From Candidatus Hadarchaeales archaeon (lineage in GTDB: Archaea; Hadarchaeota; Hadarchaeia; Hadarchaeales; Hadarchaeaceae), in assembly GCA_038823825.1 (NCBI GenBank), contig JAWBCC010000001.1, positions 270,001-302,000 on the forward strand: a DNA stretch of 32,000 nt, read 5' to 3'. Every line of letters begins with the position of its first letter. Position 1 is the stretch's first letter. The position numbers and the translations under genes are program-made. The notes beneath the pieces are model-generated. The model worked only from the letters and a program-made list of their open reading frames with translations. It was not told the DNA's origin and ran no database searches. Below are positions 9,329 to 20,000 of the stretch, piece after piece.

Positions 9329-11226
9329 TGATAATAGATTATGGCGCAATCGGTCTGAAAGTGGGGCTCGAAATTCATCAAGAACTCGCAACTAAAAAAC
9401 TGTTTTGTGCGTGTCCTACCCTGCTTTCAGACAAAACGCCGGAAGGCACGGTAATAAGAAGACTCCGACCGACACAGAGCGAGTTAGGCGAGTTCGACAG
9501 GGCGGCGCTTGCTGAAGCCATCAAGGGGAAAGGCTTCAAATATCAAATGGATTCGGACACAACTTGTTTAGTGGAACTGGACGAGGAGCCGCCACATTCA
9601 GTTCGTGATGACGTTATAGATGCAGCTCTCGAAATAAGTCTATTACTCAACGCGAAGCCCGTAGATGAAGTTCATGTGATGAGAAAAGTGGTAATAGACG
9701 GAAGCAACACCTCTGGATTTCAGCGCACAATGTTAATTGCGATGGATGGATGGATAGAAGTAGAAGGAAAAAGATACAAAATCACGACCGTTTGCTTGGA
9801 AGAGGATGCCGCGAGAAAGGTGGGAGAAACAGAGGAATATATAGAATATCGTCTTGACAGGTTAGGAATCCCGCTAGTGGAGATAGCGACCGCGGCAGAA
9901 TTTTCAGATCCAGAGACACCGGCGAAGGTTGCTTTTTATATCGGTCAGCTCTGCAGGATGACTAGCAAGGTAAAATGGGGGTTAGGAGCAACTAGGCAAG
10001 ATATAAATATATCGATTTCTGGTGGAGCGAGACAGGAGATAAAAGGCATTCAAGAACTTTCACTGATTCCGAAGGTGATCGAATTTGAAGCCGCTAGGCA
10101 ACTTGGTCTGCTGAAGCTTAAAGATGAGCTGAACAGGCGTGGAGTCAAGGAGAACCCCTGTGAGATTCGCAAAGTCACACACATCTTCGAAAATACGGCT
10201 TGTAGAATGATAAAGAAAGCTATTGAAAGCGGTGCAGACGTTTTTGCCGTAAAGCTAGCTGGGTTTGCCGGTCTATTGGGAATGGAACTTTGTCCGGGAA
10301 GAAGATTTGGAATGGAGCTTGCAGATCGGGCGAGAGTTTTCGGCAAAGTTGGAGGAATCTTCCATACCGATGAACTTCCTAATTATGGAATCTCGGATGA
10401 GGAAGTTTCAAAGTTAAAGAATGAGATGGGTGCCTCCGAAAATGATGTTGTAGTTTTAACGGTGGCTAAACCCAAAGATGCGGAGAATGCGTTAAGAGCA
10501 GTAGTCGAAAGGGCCAATATGGCGATCGTTGGAGTTCCGGAAGAAACGAGAAGAGCTCTTTCTGATGGAACCACCGAGTTTATGCGTCCACTGCCTGGAG
10601 CAGCCAGAATGTATCCGGAAACCGATATACCACCGATTCCCATAGACAAGAGAAGGATTGCCAAAATAAAGAAAAAACTTCCTGAACGTCCTGAACAAAA
10701 GATCGAAAGGTTTATGAAGTCATACAAATTGAGTCGTGAACTTGCGGAGCAGATGGTTTTTTATGGAGATTTCCGACTTTTTGAAGATCTTTTAAAAAGA
10801 ACCAAGGCGGATCCAACCCTTGTAGCGACTCTTTTGACGCAAACTCTGACAAGTCTGAGGAGGGAAGGTGTTCAAGTCGAGAGAATAAGAGTGGAGGACA
10901 TCGCTGAAATTTTGATTCTTGTTAGAAAGAAAAAAATTGCGAAAGAAGGAATCTCAGAAATTCTTAGGGAAATTTCTTCCGGGATTTCGGTAAAAGAAGC
11001 GATTGATAAGCTTAATTTGTGGTCGATAAGTGAGCGGGATTTGTGCGAGTTTGTCCGAAAAGTAGTGTGTGAGAAAAAATCTTTCATTTTGGAAAGAAGA
11101 GAGGCTGCTCTCCAGCCTCTGATGGGAATCCTAATGCAAAGTTTGCGTGGACGTGTTGATGGGGAAACGGTTCATAAATTGCTTGAGAAGGAAATTAGAA
11201 AGGTTCTTAGGGAGGAAGCCAAGTGA
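9328..11226 (+). CDS. gatE: Glutamyl-tRNA(Gln) amidotransferase subunit E
   Basis: The track starts at TTG 9313. ATG 9328 overlaps the gatD TGA (TGATG) and is preceded by GGAGGGAAGG. It has GLKVGLEIHQEL, a GatB/E catalytic core, an AspRS-like insertion and a YqeY-like tail. GatDE is archaea-specific. Confidence 0.95.
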   Translation: MIIDYGAIGLKVGLEIHQELATKKLFCACPTLLSDKTPEGTVIRRLRPTQSELGEFDRAALAEAIKGKGFKYQMDSDTTCLVELDEEPPHSVRDDVIDAALEISLLLNAKPVDEVHVMRKVVIDGSNTSGFQRTMLIAMDGWIEVEGKRYKITTVCLEEDAARKVGETEEYIEYRLDRLGIPLVEIATAAEFSDPETPAKVAFYIGQLCRMTSKVKWGLGATRQDINISISGGARQEIKGIQELSLIPKVIEFEAARQLGLLKLKDELNRRGVKENPCEIRKVTHIFENTACRMIKKAIESGADVFAVKLAGFAGLLGMELCPGRRFGMELADRARVFGKVGGIFHTDELPNYGISDEEVSKLKNEMGASENDVVVLTVAKPKDAENALRAVVERANMAIVGVPEETRRALSDGTTEFMRPLPGAARMYPETDIPPIPIDKRRIAKIKKKLPERPEQKIERFMKSYKLSRELAEQMVFYGDFRLFEDLLKRTKADPTLVATLLTQTLTSLRREGVQVERIRVEDIAEILILVRKKKIAKEGISEILREISSGISVKEAIDKLNLWSISERDLCEFVRKVVCEKKSFILERREAALQPLMGILMQSLRGRVDGETVHKLLEKEIRKVLREEAK

Positions 11227-11648
11227 AGAGGTTTGATTGGATTGAACATCCGAGCGATGTTGGATTCCGTGCTTATGGGCGAACTCTCTCAGAAGCTTTT
11301 GAAAACGCTGCAATTGCGCTTTTCGAGATAATGGTTGACACATCCACTGTGCGGCCTGAAATCGAGAAATCGATAGTATTGAGGTCGGAGGATCCGGAGT
11401 CCCTCTTGTATGACTGGCTAGATAGATTGATAGCGTTACACGACAGTGAGCAACTAGTTTTTTCGAAGTTTGAGGTGAACATTGCACAGATTTCCGAGGG
11501 CTTTCTCCTAAATGCGAAAGCTTGGGGGGAGAAATTCGATCCAAGCAGACATGAGGGACGCACAGCCGTCAAGGCAATGACGTATCACATGATGGAAATA
11601 AAAAAGAAAAATGACGAGTGGCTGGTTCAGGCTGTGGTAGATATCTGA
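11223..11648 (+). CDS. Archease (RtcB activator)
   Basis: 141-aa ORF with a GTG start overlapping the gatE stop (GTGA). It has FDWIEHPSDVGFRAYGRTLSEAFENAA at the N-terminus and VKAMTYHMMEI at the C-terminus, and sits immediately upstream of rtcB. Confidence 0.92.
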   Translation: MKRFDWIEHPSDVGFRAYGRTLSEAFENAAIALFEIMVDTSTVRPEIEKSIVLRSEDPESLLYDWLDRLIALHDSEQLVFSKFEVNIAQISEGFLLNAKAWGEKFDPSRHEGRTAVKAMTYHMMEIKKKNDEWLVQAVVDI

Positions 11649-11702
11649 AAAAACAAAAAGATAATATTCCCTCTCCTTGATAATTATCTTTGGTGACTTT
11701 TT

Positions 11703-13157
11703 ATGACGTGGATGGGGAAAATCAAACAAATAGATGAAGTACGATGGGAAATTCCAAGCGATTATAAGCCCGGTATGCTGGTTCCGGCGAGAATTTACGC
11801 AGACAGAGAACTTCTCGAAGAAATGCGTAAGGATATGACCCTAGAACAGGCGGCAAATGTTGCTTTCCTTAAAGGGATTTACAAATATAGCATAACTTTG
11901 CCCGATGGACATCAGGGTTATGGTTTTCCGATTGGTGGCGTAGCTGCAACAGATGCCGAGGTGGGCGTGATATCCCCGGGTGGGGTTGGTTACGACATAA
12001 ACTGTGGTGTTCGACTGCTACGCACAGAATTGAAGAAAGAGGATGTTATCCCAAAACTTCGTCAGCTAGTGGAAACTCTTTTCAGAAATGTTCCCTCGGG
12101 TTTAGGTAGCACAGGGCATGTTAAGCTCACACCACAACAGCTTGATGACGTTCTACGGTTGGGAGCAAAATGGGCGGTGGAAAATGGCTTCGGATGGGAA
12201 GAAGATTTGGAGAGACTGGAAGAGGGAGGTTGTATGGGGGGTGCAGATCCGAGCAAAGTTAGTCAAGAAGCCAAAAAGAGGGGGTTTCCACAGCTCGGCA
12301 GTTTGGGCAGCGGAAATCATTTCCTCGAGGTTCAAGTTGTGGATAAAATATACAACCCGGAGGTCGCAAAGAAATTCGGGATCTTTGAGGAAGACCAGGT
12401 TACTGTGATGATTCACACAGGTTCTAGAGGTCTTGGTCACCAAGTCTGTTCAGACTACTTGCGCAGAATGGAACACGTCGTTCACAAATATGGAATAAAA
12501 CTTCCCGACCGGGAGCTTGTAAACGTTCCATTCACCTCCCAAGAAGGGCAGGATTACTTCTCGGCCATGAAGTGTGCTGCTAACTATGCTTGGGCTAACA
12601 GGCAGATGATCGTTCATTGGGTGAGAGAGTCCTTCGAGCAAGTATTCGGAAAAGATGCAGAAAGCATGGGTCTCCACATAATTTACGATGTTGCCCATAA
12701 CATAGCAAAACTCGAAGAGCATAAAGTCGATGATGGGAAAAGAAAAGTTGTAGTTCATAGAAAGGGTGCAACCAGAGCCTTCGGTCCTGGACACCCCGAT
12801 GTTCCTTCGACATACAGAGATGTTGGACAGCCAGTTCTTATTCCTGGAGATATGGGGACTGCTTCGTATGTCTTAGTTGGAACAGATTTAGCCATGTGGG
12901 AGACTTTTGGTTCGACGGCTCACGGAGCAGGGCGTCATCTAAGCAGGGCGGCTGCTCTAAAGAGCTTCAGGGGCGATTATGTTCAGAAAGCGCTGGAATC
13001 TCAGGGAATAGTCGTGAAAGCGGCGAAGATTTCTGTTATCGCAGAGGAGGCACCAGAGGCATACAAAAATGTCGATCGTGTTGCAGATGTTTCGCATCGA
13101 GCTGGAATCGCCATCAAAGTTGCAAGATTGCGCCCGATAGGAGTAGCAAAAGGATGA
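11703..13157 (+). CDS. rtcB: RNA-splicing ligase RtcB (3'-phosphate/5'-hydroxyl tRNA ligase)
   Basis: 484-aa ORF with PDGHQGYGFPIGGV, YDINCGVR, GSGNHFLE, HTGSRGLGHQV and GSTAHGAGR motifs. The length is consistent with no intein. Confidence 0.97.
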   Translation: MTWMGKIKQIDEVRWEIPSDYKPGMLVPARIYADRELLEEMRKDMTLEQAANVAFLKGIYKYSITLPDGHQGYGFPIGGVAATDAEVGVISPGGVGYDINCGVRLLRTELKKEDVIPKLRQLVETLFRNVPSGLGSTGHVKLTPQQLDDVLRLGAKWAVENGFGWEEDLERLEEGGCMGGADPSKVSQEAKKRGFPQLGSLGSGNHFLEVQVVDKIYNPEVAKKFGIFEEDQVTVMIHTGSRGLGHQVCSDYLRRMEHVVHKYGIKLPDRELVNVPFTSQEGQDYFSAMKCAANYAWANRQMIVHWVRESFEQVFGKDAESMGLHIIYDVAHNIAKLEEHKVDDGKRKVVVHRKGATRAFGPGHPDVPSTYRDVGQPVLIPGDMGTASYVLVGTDLAMWETFGSTAHGAGRHLSRAAALKSFRGDYVQKALESQGIVVKAAKISVIAEEAPEAYKNVDRVADVSHRAGIAIKVARLRPIGVAKG

Positions 13158-13987
13158 GATTTAGAGTCCTCCTTCCGGCCTCTCTTGTGTGCGACGTCTC
13201 AGATTTAAGACAAAAAACGCTTAAGATTGGGATTGTTGGTAGGGCTTTAGCGATATTCAGAGTAGACTCAGTGTGGATATACGACGATCACGAGCCGAAG
13301 GTGAAAAATCCACAAGAGGAAATGAATCTTATAAAACTCATACTCGAGTACATGGAAACACCCCAATATCTCAGAAAGATACTTTTTAGAAAGAAAGAAG
13401 AGCTCAAATTTGCAGGAATGCTTCCTCCCTTACGCACGCCCCATCATCCATCTGTTCATGAGAGGTCCTCTCGCCAACAGATACGCGAGGGGGCTGTCAT
13501 TTCTTCTAAAGGAGGAAAGAGCATAGTCGAGTTAGGTCTTCCAAAGCGGGGACTTCTAAGCGAAGAGGTTAAGCCAGGCACAAGAATTACCGTGAGGATA
13601 CTCAAAGATATCGGAGATTATCTGATCGTGGAGGAAGTTAGGAAAGAGGAGGTAAAGGATTATTGGGGATACAGAGTTTATACTGCCCCCAGTCTGAGCG
13701 AAGCCGTTCGAATGTCGCGTTCAGGTTTCATGATAGGAACCTCTAAGCATGGCAGGAATCTGGAGGATGTCATGCACCTTCTTAAATCTGTCCGAGATCC
13801 TCTTACGGTAGCTTTTGGAGGCCCCTATGCCGGGCTTTTCGAAATATGTGCGAGAGAGGGTGTAAAAACCGAAGATCTTTTTGACATGGTGATAAACATG
13901 GTCCCGGGACAGGGAACGGAAACGGTGAGAACGGAGGAAGCGCTCATCGCATCACTGGCTATATTAAACGTTTTGCGCAGCATTTGA
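13154..13987 (+). CDS. SPOUT-superfamily putative RNA methyltransferase (DUF171 / COG2106, C9orf114-SPOUT1-like)
   Basis: The track ORF (12896..13987) begins inside rtcB in another frame. ATG 13154 overlaps the rtcB stop (ATGA) and gives MRFRVLLPASLVCDVSDLRQKTLKIGIVGRALAIFRVDSVWIYDD..., a central OB-like insertion, and the C-terminal knot region FGGPYAGL...NMVPGQGTETVRTEEALIASLAILN. By recollection this is typical of the family. Confidence 0.75.
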   Translation: MRFRVLLPASLVCDVSDLRQKTLKIGIVGRALAIFRVDSVWIYDDHEPKVKNPQEEMNLIKLILEYMETPQYLRKILFRKKEELKFAGMLPPLRTPHHPSVHERSSRQQIREGAVISSKGGKSIVELGLPKRGLLSEEVKPGTRITVRILKDIGDYLIVEEVRKEEVKDYWGYRVYTAPSLSEAVRMSRSGFMIGTSKHGRNLEDVMHLLKSVRDPLTVAFGGPYAGLFEICAREGVKTEDLFDMVINMVPGQGTETVRTEEALIASLAILNVLRSI

Positions 13988-14032
13988 CTCGGAAACTTTT
14001 TAACCGTTTTTTGACAATATTTTGTGGAAGGC
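13988..14032 (+). promoter_or_regulatory. Putative promoter of the giant surface-protein gene
   Basis: AAACTTTTTAACC (about 13993-14005) is a TATA-like element about 28-35 nt upstream of ATG 14033. GGAAGG lies directly upstream of the ATG. Confidence 0.3.
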
Positions 14033-17000
14033 ATGAGGAAATTTCCGCTACTGGCGCTGGTGGTATTTGTTTTCTGCCACATCATAGCATTTGCTACATC
14101 GGGAGAAACCTTCATTGAGCGTGATTTTTCATCTCCGGAAATTTATCTCCAGGGAACTGAAGTTGTTGATGGAAAAGTCAGGCTCAGAATAGGACCGGAA
14201 CAGATTTCTGACAAGCTGAGCCTGCGCCTGGAGAAAATTGGCGGGGACAACTGGGTCTCTCTTGAAAATATCGAAAGCTGGGCGGATTACGATGGAAAGG
14301 CGATGGTGGGCGTTAAGGACGAGTATGGAAGAAGCTACATTTATGTTCTCTGGCGGAAAGGAAGCTATTCGGACGCATTTAGAAGGTACAACGTGTCAGC
14401 AAACAGATGGGAGGTTCTGTCGAGTCCAACCGAAAGCGGGCTAGATGTAGTGAAGAATGGCGTTTGTATGGCTTGGGACGGCGGACGTTATATATATGTC
14501 ATGCGTGGTGGCGCATATTCCGATTTCTACAGGGATTTCTGGAGGTATGACATAAAGACGAACACCTGGGAAATCTTGGAGAATACTCCATGGTATCAGG
14601 GTGCAGGAAATGCGATGGCATGGGTGCGACTTGATGGAAAGGAGTACATATATGCGATAATAGGAACTACTAGCTCATCTGCTGCGGCGGGCAGGCGAGG
14701 AATGGTTTTTGCCAGATTTAACATCGCTGCATGGGAGATGGACCCGGACAACGAACCTTCGAAGTGGGAGGTCATCCAGTGGGTTGGTGGATATAGCCGG
14801 TATGGGGTAAGTGGAACCATTCCATACGGATGTGATGACGGTTCGAGCATGGTTTGGACGGGAGATAATTATCTATACTACTTGGTCGGAGCATATAATG
14901 AAACATTGAGCGGACTAGAGGAGAGCCATTTTCTGCGATATCATCTCAAAGAGAACCGATGGGAGGAACTAGCGCCTATACCTTACAACGGAAGACCGGA
15001 GGACAGATCGGGTGTCGATGATGGAGGCACTATCGTCTGGGCAGGAGATTACATTTACGCCGTGAAGGGAGGAGATGGAGCAGGACATGATTACGCGGAC
15101 AATTTCTATCGCTACTGTATCAGCACGAACAGTTGGGAAAAGTTGGCAAATCTTCCAGAGGGTGTTGGAAGAAGAAACGGCAGTCGGTTAGCGGCGATAG
15201 ATGGTGTCGTTTATTTCCTGCGTGGCCACGGTTCAACAGGCTTTTGGAAGTACAATCCTCCGCTATTTTCTACAGCTGAGTCATTTTATTCGCGAGTTAT
15301 CGATGTCGGCGCGGAGACGGATTGGGGAAAGATATCCTGGTCTTACTCCAAGCCAGATGGGATAGTAGAAAGCGTGTTTCAAACTTCAGATGAGCCAAGC
15401 GCATTACCAGATGGTTCTAATAGGGTTGGTCAGATTCCGATTTGGTATCCCGCAGATCATCCAGTTATAAGCGAGTTTGCAACGAGAGGGCCCGACAACG
15501 CATATCAAGAGTTTATCGAGATATACAATCCCACATCCTCAGATGTTGATCTCACAGGATGGAAGATTCAGTACCGGTCAGTGACCGGCACGAGTTGGTA
15601 CGACAGGGTTGTATTTCCAAGCGGAGCGAAGATCCCTGCGTACGGTTTCTATCTTGCTGTAAATGGACAGGGGTATCCAGGAGGAGTGATCGAAGGTGTG
15701 CAGGGAGATGCTCAGATGACGGATACAATTGCGGACAGCGGACATTTGAGACTCGTAGATAATTTTGGCAATGTGTTGGATGCTGTCAGTTATGGAAGCG
15801 GTCATAATTATACTGAAGAAGGACCACCGGCCCCAAACCATGGAACTACAAAAAATAACAAGAGTGTAGAGCGGAGAGCCACACCATTTTCCACAATTGC
15901 TGACATGTTGGTCGGAGGCATGCATGAGAATTTAGGAAATGCTTGCGACACAAACAACAATTCTTTTGATTTCTTTGTAAGACCGGTGAGAAATCCTCAA
16001 AATTCTTTGAGCGCGCCCGAAATTCCACCAACTCCCATGCCACTTGCCAACTATTCGCAAACGTTCGTTTTAGATGGATTATTTGAAAACATTTCAGAGA
16101 AAATTGTAGGACAACAGTCACAAGTTTTCCTAGAGAATCAGCAAACCACAATAGTTTTGAAAGGCGATAATGTAAGTTCTCCGGATTTGATGAATGATGA
16201 AGATGGAATATATTTTGAGGTATTTTCTGTTCAGTCGTACATAACAGAGGAAAACTGGGAAAATATGGCGGCCTGGCCTGGACTTTTGACAAATGGAGCC
16301 GCTTGCTACGCTGAAAACATATTGTCGGGCAGAAAGTATGTTTATGCCCACGATACTAGACATCTCTACCGTTACGACATTGCGGCGGACTTGTGGGAGA
16401 ATATCGGACCCTTGCCGGCTCAGGCATTCGCCGGTAGCGGAATGGTGTGGACTAAAGATAATTACATTTACATGACCAAAGGAGGATACAGTCTTCCCAA
16501 TTTTTGGAGATATCACATCCCAGAAAACAAATGGGAAAACCTACCAAATGTTCCGATTGATCAGAGGACTGGAAGTTGCATCGCATGGGATGGAGGAGAT
16601 AAAATATATGGAATCTTCCAAGCTGTAACCGATAACGCACTCTATGTCTTCTCGATAAGTGATAATTCATGGACAAGATTGTACACGATAGTTTATGGTG
16701 GGACCCCGAGGAGTCCGGGAAGCGGTTCATCGCTCGTTGCGGTGGGCGGATATCTCTACTACGCAGTCGGCGGAATGAGCCAATACTGGAGATATAACAT
16801 TGCTGATAACACTTGGGATAGACTTGCGGGCGCTCCTGGAACATGGGGGGCTGGAGGAGCACAAGAAGTGATAAATGAGAATATCATTTATGCGGTTGGA
16901 TTCGGTAGTCCGAGAGTTGGATTCGGCAGATTCATAATACCAGAAAATCGATGGGTGAAAATGACGGACTTACCAGCGGCGATCAGCAATGCAAACGACA

Positions 17001-20000
17001 GACTTGTTTTCGATGGATCATTCACGTATCTGGTGAGGGCTTACGGAGACAACAGCTTCTGGAGATATCCCAAGCTTTCCTATCAATACGATATATCTAC
17101 TGAGTCTTCTCTCCGATTGAACTTACCACCTGGTTACCAAGTTGAAAACTTGTTAATTTATCTGAAATTTTCTTCGGAAAATGGGGCGACGTACTATCTT
17201 GGAATTTACAACTGGATAACGGGAACGTATAGTGAGAACTCCCTTAGGCATATCGGCGACAACACGGTTGAAAATGTTCTGGTTGTGAGAGTTACCGGGA
17301 GTGAATATGTCTCAAGCGATAACTTGATAAAAATCAGAATAAGATCTTCAGAGCCGATTGCTCATAAATTGCTAGCAGATAGGCTCGTAGCAGAGATTCA
17401 AGTCGCGAGGAATCAGTATGCGTTAAGGTGGGGTTATGTTTTCTCAGGTTTGGATAATTCATACGAAAATGCGGAAATAATGATCCTTGGCTTCTCCGAC
17501 AACGATGAAAACATAGAGATAAGTGTTTGGAAAAATTCAACTTCTAACTGGGTAAAGCTTGGTGTCCTGCCCGCTTCGCCGAACTTCATGTCTTTCAAAC
17601 TTTCTGACTTGCCAGATTACTTGATTGGGGGAGAAAATCTCTTCGTGAAATTCGAAGATTCAGACAGTATGGATTGGACACAGACGACTATTTACATCGA
17701 TTACTTAGCAGTTAGAGCTGTGAAATCTTACGGAACATCAATAGTTGTGGAAGTTCGTTTTGGATCAGACAACGATCCAACCGATGAGCCATTTCCTCCG
17801 GAAAATTGGACTGACTGGATTATTTTCAACGTTGGTGACAATCTTGCCTTTAGATCCAGATATCTCCAGTATCGCATTCAACTCTTCTCAACCGATTTCA
17901 GATTTTCACCGCTAGTTGAAGTGCTAGAGATAGAACATCTTCCGCTCATCTATCGGGAGGGCATTTTCGTAAGCCAACCACTCCTATTGGGCTACGTGGA
18001 CAGTTGGGGGGAGTTAAAGTTTGATGTGGACACACCGACAGATACATCGATAGAGTTCTTCACCAGGTCCTCACCAGATGGCTTTTTGTGGTCTGAGTGG
18101 GAGCCGCTCGATTCAAGAAACATTCGGAGCCCAGTCTACAACTGCAGATATCTGCAGGTCAAAGCTATTTTATATGGGTTTGGCTCATTGACCCCCGTTT
18201 TGAAGGAGTACTCGATAGAGTACGTTCCAGATAAAACACCACCAATCGTTACCGTTTCTGAACCTAGAGACGGATTTGTGACAACACAAGATAAGATAAT
18301 AGTGCGGGGCACGGTAAGCGACGCAAATCCGGTTAGGCTTGAAATAAACGGCATGCCGGTTATCTTCGAACCGGGAGCGTTTGAGAAAGAGGTCAGATTG
18401 AGTCCGGGACAGAATGTGATAAGGATAGTTGCCTCTGATGTTGCCGGTAACAAGAGGGAGATTCTCATCCGTGGAACAATGGAGATGGGTCAGCCAATTC
18501 GACCGGCGGTACCTCCCTCAACATACTTTGTCGCCGCAATGATTGTGGGAGGGGTTATCGCAGGTATTTCGCTAATATACATTTTTGCTCCAGCTTTTGT
18601 GAAGGTAGTAAGGAAGGGGAATTTGGTTTTTTTGAGTCTCGCCTTAGTCTTTCCAATTTTGTTTAGTGGCTCCGCTGCTGCTCTTTCCACTTGGGAAGGA
18701 TCCTGGGTAAGTGATTATAACGATTTTAGGTTTGGAGAATTTGAAAATGTGGCTTCGTTTACTTCAGGTGTTTTAGCCTTACAACCGGAAGAATATTGGG
18801 GAAATGATTTTGCTGCTTCATACTATTATACCGAATGGACGAACTTGGATTCGTTTGAGAAGAAGGTCTCAATAAGGTTTGTTGCACAGGCTTCAAAGAC
18901 CCTTACCGGATTTATGATTTATCTTTATCAGACCGGAACGGATCTCACTTGGAGATTTAGGCTAGAGTTGGACGATGGCACCGGAAAGCCCAGTGGGATT
19001 CTCGCTTGGTCAAATGCTTGGCAGACTCTGAAGGTCACAAGTAGCAAATGGTGGACCGTAGATCTCCTTTCGCCAGGCATGTTGCGAAAGGGTGAGACAT
19101 ATCATATAGTGATTTCTTGGGAAAACTTCGGTGTAGCGCCTTCTTCACAAGATTTCATAAATATTAGGAGCCTTTGGCCGTTTAATCAAACGTGGATAAA
19201 CGGTCTCGTAACGAACAATAACAGAGGAGTTTTGATCTTTGACGGTTCATCTTGGAAGGATCTAGGCCGAGAACCAGTTTATATCCTGAACTTTTCAGAT
19301 AAAACTTACGAGGGGAATCCTTATTACACGCTTAGGACGGATGCTTATGAAATCGGCGTTTTCGGGGACAACGCCAAAGGAGAGAGATTTCAAACGGATT
19401 TATTGAGAAGGGTTTGTGGTATCGAGGTTTACGCTAGAAAGAGCGGCACACCCCACGACAACCTTTATCTGGTTCTGCAGAGAGGAGCATCGACATTAGC
19501 AAGCGTCTCAGTTGGAGACTCGACCACTATTGAAAATAGGTGGGGATGGGTTGGAGCACTCTTCGATGCACCTTTGAGTCTATCTCCGGCACAGTACGTG
19601 GTGGGCTTGAAATCTCCAGGTTCAACGAGCGGAAACAGGTATGATGTTTGTCTACTTGGAACATATTCGTCCTCTCCACATCCTGATCTTACCTTTTCAG
19701 GGACCACAGCCTGTTTTGTCTACTCTACGAACGGTGGGATTACATGGTCGACCAAATCCAAGATGCAGGATGATATACCGTTTAGATTCATAGAATCATT
19801 CAAAAAATCGGGCATTTTCACTTCAAGAATTTTTGACGCTGGAGATATTATGAAGTGGGAGCGATTAAACTGGGATGGAAGAATCTTGGATGGGACTAGT
19901 TTGGTTTTCCAGACTAGAACCTCTACAGATAACGTTAGGTGGTCGCCTTGGGAGGATGTTGGTCCCGATAGTTCAATAACTTCCCCGCCAGGTAGATATA

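Noticed and set aside
12896-13153. N-terminal 86 codons of the 363-aa track ORF (MGDFWFDGSRSRASS...)
   Set aside because: This stretch overlaps the 3' end of rtcB in another frame and is Cys/Arg/Ser-rich junk. The conserved SPOUT sequence begins at ATG 13154, which overlaps the rtcB stop.
11703-13157. Possible intein in RtcB
   Set aside because: The ORF is 484 aa with contiguous conserved motifs and no Cys/Ser...HN splice-junction insertion, so it has no intein.
14024-14032. GTG 14024 as the start of the giant ORF
   Set aside because: ATG 14033 directly yields a canonical signal peptide (MRKFPLLALVV...) and is preceded by GGAAGG. The three extra codons (MEG) are unsupported. The difference is trivial.
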